Shown: in pieces, positions 59,536-64,000 of the stretch
Position numbering within the stretch: the stretch's first letter is position 1
How the letters are laid out: the number at the start of each line of letters is the position of its first letter
Source: Octopus sinensis
Lineage: Eukaryota
DNA length: 64,000 nt
Direction: 5' to 3'
Assembly: GCF_006345805.1 (NCBI RefSeq)
Contig: NC_043020.1
Span: forward strand, 11,470,001 to 11,534,000
Program-made: the position numbers and the translations under genes
The notes under the pieces: model-generated
The model's input: only the letters and a program-made list of their open reading frames with translations
Told to the model about the DNA's origin: nothing
Databases searched by the model: none

Positions 59536-60679
59536 GATAAAACTACTATTATGCAACTCAAACAGTGACAGACATAAAACAAAACATAAATAACAAATAA
59601 TATATATTTTAATAAAACATATAACTTAGAACTAGATCTCAAAAAGTATAAAAATGAATTACCAATATATAATAAGTAATATATGTGTGTGTGTGTGTGT
59701 GTATGTTTGTGTGTCTATGTTTGTCCCCCCAACATCGCTTGACAACCGATGCTGGTCTGTTTATGTCCCTGTAACTTAGGAGTTCGGCAAAAGAAACTGA
59801 TAGAATAAGTACTAGGCTTACAAAGAATAAGTCATGGGGTCGATGTGCTCGACTAAAGGCAGTGCTCCAGCATGGCCTCAGTCAAATGACTGAAACAAGT
59901 AAAAGAGTAAAGAGAGAGTATGCCTGTATATATATATTAACCATATGAAACGGGAATTTTAGGTGACTTGGGTAAAATAAAATTTATAAACAGGACATGG
60001 AATAGAAAGAAATGGCAGGAGACTAGAGTTTTAAAAAAAAGTGGGAATAGAATTATTTTCTTTTTAATATTAAAAAAAAAAATTACACTGAAAAAAAATT
60101 AACTGATTCTAAATGTGACAACAACAGAAATAATACAAAACAACAACAATACTGGATAAAACAAAAAAAAAAATGAAAAATCCAAAGCTAAAAGAACCAT
60201 TCTGAGAATCAGCGAGTCAAAGACGAAATATTGATTTTGTGACAGTAAAAGACAAACTGCATTTTATTAATTCCACCATTTCCTCGATGTTATATAGTTA
60301 AACACATACACACATGCACACACAGACACAGACACACACACACATACATACATACACACACACATTGGTGAAGTACCATCTCTTTAGTCCTTTGAACTGG
60401 ATGAATCTCCTGCAATAAATAACCTTGATGTCTTTTTAAAATGCAGGCCACATGAATTGGTGATTCACTCACCTGTTCAATGTAGCGAAAGAATTGCTCT
60501 CAATAACACCTGCAGATATGGCTGTGGCGGTAAGAAGTTCCTTTCACTGCCTACAAGGTTTTTGTGCTGCTTGGTCCTACAGTGCGAACCTCGGTTAAGT
60601 GTCTTCTATGATAACTTCAGGTCAATCAATGCCTTGTTAGTAAAATTTGGTAGAATAGAATCTATAGAATAGAATCTGT

Positions 60680-61095
60680 AAGGCGGCAAGCTGGCAGAAA
60701 CATTAGCACGCCGGGCAAAATGCTTAGCGGTATTTCGTCTTCCATTACATTCTGAGTTCAAATTCCGCCGAGGTCGACTTTGACCTTCATCCTTTCGGGA
60801 TCAATAAATTAAGTACCTGTTGTGCATTGGAGTCGATGTAATCAACTTAATCCCTTTATCTCTCCTTGTTTGTTCCCTCTATGTTTAGCTCCTTGTGGGC
60901 AATAAAGAAATAAGAAACGTTAGCACGCCGGGTGAAATGCTTAATGGTATTTCATCAGCCGTTACGTTCTGAGTTCAAATTCCGCCGAGGTCGACTTTGC
61001 CTTTCATCCCTTCGGAGTCAATAAATTAAGTACCAGTTGCACACTGGGGTCAATGTAATCAACTTAATCCCTTGTTTGTCCTTATTTGACCCCTC
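60680..61095 (+). mobile_element. SINE family C dimer with a different junction
   Basis: Second body starts at AGAAACGTTAGCACGCC after AAGAAATA. Confidence 0.8.
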
Positions 61096-61134
61096 TTTGA
61101 CCCCGGTTAGCCGTTCTGTCAATGATCAAACTCG

Positions 61135-62022
61135 TATGGTGCTCTTTGCATGCTGCTAGCACGGATGCCAGTCATTGAATTTGATTTTGATTTCATTTGC
61201 CTCAACAGGTCTTCGTAAGGTACACATAAGAGGGCTGGTTATGCTCCTGGCATAGGCCACGAGGTTATGGTCTCATTTGGCTTGCCAGGTCTTCTTAAGC
61301 ACAGCATATTTCCAAAAGTCTCGGTCACTAGTCATTTCCTTGGTGAGCCCTAAAGTTCGAAGGTCGTGCTTCACCACTTCATCCCAGGTCTTCCTGGATC
61401 TACCTCTTCCACAGGTTACCTCAACTGCTAGGGTGTGGCACTTTTTCACACAGCGATCCTCATCCATTCTTGCCACATGACCATACCAGCGCAGTCATCT
61501 GTCTTGCACAACACATCTGATGCTTCTTAGGTCCAACTTTTCTCTTAAGGTACTTACACTCTGTCGAGTATGAACACTGACATTACACATCCATCGGATC
61601 ATACTGGCTTCATTCCTTGCGAGCTTACGCATGTCCTCAGCAGTCATGGCCCATGTTTCACTGCCATGCAGCATGGCTGTTCGTACACATGCGTCATACA
61701 GTCTACCTTTTACTCTGAGCGAGAGGCCCTTTGTCACCAGCAGAGGTAAGAGCTCTCTGCTTAGCCCAGGCTATTCTTATTCTAGCAGTTACACTTTCAA
61801 CACACCCACCCCCGCTACTGACTTGGTCTCCTAGGTAACGGAAGCTATCAACTACTTCTAGTTTGTCTCCCTGGAACGTGGCAGAAGTTGGTCTCTGCAC
61901 ATTTCCAGTGTTTATTGCTCCTGAGCATTTGCCACATACAAAAACTATCTTCCCAGTTAGCCTTCCTTTGATATTACTGCACCTTTTATGTGTCCATAGC
62001 TTACACTGGGTACAGGTACATC
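61135..62022 (-). mobile_element. 5'-truncated, frameshifted RTE-clade LINE (ORF2 C-terminal region)
   Basis: CTQCKLWTHKRC..FVCGKC, LEVVDSFRYLG, VTARIRIAWAK, KGRLYDACVRTAMLHGSETW, MIRWMCNV, RWYGHVARM, GRSRKTWDEVVKHDL. Confidence 0.92.
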
Positions 62023-62568
62023 TTAAGAATAATAATAATATTTTTTTTTAAATTATTTTTTAGACATTCACTAGTACAACACTAAATACAAAACCAAGTA
62101 TATAGCACACTAGGCATAACAACAACACAAACTTCCAACCTGTTGTCTCTTGAGGTCTCCGGGTGAGACTTGGAGCCAACTTGTACAAATATAAAGCAAA
62201 AGTCAAACAGAATAATAATAATAATAATCATAATAATAATAATAGTGATTTCAAATTTTTGCCACAAGGGCAGCTTGGAGGAGTAGATTAGGTCGATTAC
62301 ATCAACCCCCATCTGTAACTGGTACTTACTTAATCGATCCTGAAAGGATGAAAGGCAAAGTTGACCGCGACATAATTTGATCTCAGAACATCATCATCAT
62401 CATCAGTGCAATAATAATGATGATGATGATGATGATGATGATAATTTCATATTTTAGTACAAGGCCAGCAATTTCAGGGAGAGGGTAAGTTGATTGCATT
62501 GACCCTAGTGCTTGACTCATTCAAGGGAATGAGCTGAAAAGAACAGAAATGAAAACCATTTGATGAAT

Positions 62569-62955
62569 GATGGAAGCACTCCGTTGGTTATGACGACGAG
62601 GGTTCCGGTTGATCCAAATCAACGGAACAGCCTGCTCGTGAAATTAACGTGTAAGTGGCTGAGCACTCCACAGACACATGTACCCTTAACGTAGTTCTCG
62701 GGGATATTCAGCGTGACACAGAGAGTGACAAGGCTGGCCCTTTGAAATACAGGTACAACAGAAACAGGAAGTAAGAGTGAGAGAAAGTTGTGGTGAAAGA
62801 GTACAGCAGGGATCACCACCATCCCCTGCCGGAGCCACGTGGAGCTTTAGGTGTTTTCGCTCAATGAACACTCAAAAACCCGGTCTGGGAATTGAAACTG
62901 CAATCCTACGACCGCGAGTCCGCTGCCCTAACCACTGGGCCATTGCGCCTCCACT
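62569..62955 (-). mobile_element. SINE family B with TSD
   Basis: ATTTGATGAAT at 62558-62568 and 62956-62966. Confidence 0.9.
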
Positions 62956-63167
62956 ATTTGATGAATATGCAGAGTATCTTAGAGACACAGAGAGGGAGGA
63001 TGACAAAGAATGAATTGCAGAGAATGATGGGAAGAGGGGCAGTGACAGATGTTGTGAAAAGAGAAGGGATGAAAGGGCTGGGTCATGTGCGGATTGAGGA
63101 TGAATGTGACTAGGAAAAAGGAGTGATGGAAATGAATGTAGAACAAAGAAGAAAGGATGAGAAAGAG

Positions 63168-63560
63168 GAGTGGGCTGTGTGGTAAGTAGCTTGCTAACCA
63201 ACCACATGGTTCAGGGTTCAGTCCCACTGCATGGCATCTTGGGCAAGTGTCTTCTGCTATAGCCCCGGGCCGACCAATGCCATGTGAGTGGATTTCGTAG
63301 ACGGAAACTGAAAGAAGCCTGTCGTATATATGTATATATATATATATATGTATGTGTGTGTATTTGTGTGTCTGTGTTTGTCCCCCTAGCATTGCTTGAC
63401 AACCGATGCTGGTGTGTGTTTACGTCCCCGTCACTTAGCGGTTCGGCAAAAGAGACCGATAGAATAAGTACTGGGCTTACAAAGAATAAGTCCCGGGGTC
63501 GATTTGCTCGACTAAAGGCGGTGCTCCAGCATGGCAGCAGTCAAATGACTGAAACAACTA
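63168..63560 (+). mobile_element. SINE family A
   Basis: Near full-length copy. Confidence 0.88.
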
Positions 63561-63884
63561 AAAAAAAAATAAAAATTAAAAAAAAAATGTGTGTGTGTGT
63601 GTGTGTTGTTCGTTTTCCTTTTTTACATCCATTTTTTCCATTCTTGCATGGGTTAGATGCATTAATGAGGCATTGTTTTAGTCAGATGCTCTTTTCTGCT
63701 GCAGCCTCTTACCTGCTTTTTCAAGGGATCTTGTATTTCACATGTCTATGAAGGCACTAAGCAAGTGGACAAGTTGCGTGTGCATGTGTGTGTGTGTGTG
63801 GAGAGAAGGGGGGGGGCAAAAAGGGGGCGGGGTAATAAGTAATTGTGGTTATGCAGTAGTTGTGATAGTGTGATAGAAATGGTT

Positions 63885-64000
63885 GGTGGTAGTGATGGTG
63901 GTGGTGATGGTGGTGGTGGTGATGATGGTGGTGGTGGTGGTGGTGATGGTGGTGGTGGTGGTGAAGGTGGTGGAGGTGGTGGTGGTGATGGTGGTGGTGT
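63885..64000. repeat. (GGT/GAT)n microsatellite running off the window end
   Basis: Direct reading. Confidence 0.95.

Noticed and set aside
60473-60509. Minus-strand 37-bp exon candidate with CAG|GTGAGT donor (reads VIESNSFATLN, LRR-like)
   Set aside because: The acceptor overlaps a decayed SINE head and lacks a pyrimidine tract; a single strong donor is expected by chance in 128 kb of strands.
4586-63392. Dozens of ORFs rich in HT/YI/CV, poly-I/N/D/G/H/M or LSVC
   Set aside because: Translations of di-, tri- and tetranucleotide microsatellites, open only because the repeats lack stop codons.
790-63560. tRNA genes at SINE heads, and recurring short ORFs (MVVIPAVLFHHN..., MSSNARGTN..., MLGGQTQTH...)
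   Set aside because: The heads have A/B boxes but no complete cloverleaf and continue into SINE bodies. The ORFs recur because the SINE recurs.

Overview
AT-rich eukaryotic (animal) genomic DNA, not prokaryotic. The repeat families (tRNA-headed SINEs with internal microsatellites, RTE LINE tails ending in (GAT)n, very dense TA/CA/AAT/GAT microsatellites) resemble those I remember from octopus/coleoid cephalopod genomes; this assignment is inference and was not checked against a database. I can support only one host coding region: an intronless-looking 455-codon ORF (7987-9354, +) of unrecognised function, with a uORF-rich leader and an AT-rich 3' UTR. Almost all other ORFs in the supplied track are microsatellite or SINE artefacts. 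The rest of the window is mobile-element and repeat DNA: at least 4 SINE families (>40 copies or fragments), RTE LINE fragments from two families, fossil CR1/Jockey-like and hAT coding remnants, non-autonomous Helitrons, TTAA-flanked piggyBac-like MITEs (one has turned its interior into a 10 x 144-bp satellite), several minisatellites and recent tandem duplications. The most interesting signal is a set of short, microsatellite-embedded, often inverted-paired elements that carry type-I hammerhead-ribozyme-like motifs of at least four unrelated sequence families (48190-48250, 40311-40360/40895-40944, 51263-51303, 11456-11493/31175-31212). They resemble Penelope-like element termini or retrozymes. 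Several share an extra A after A9, and some have ultra-minimal palindromic stem III and A6 substitutions. All foldings and alignments were done by eye; none of the ribozymes has been shown to be active, and coordinates of degenerate repeats are approximate.
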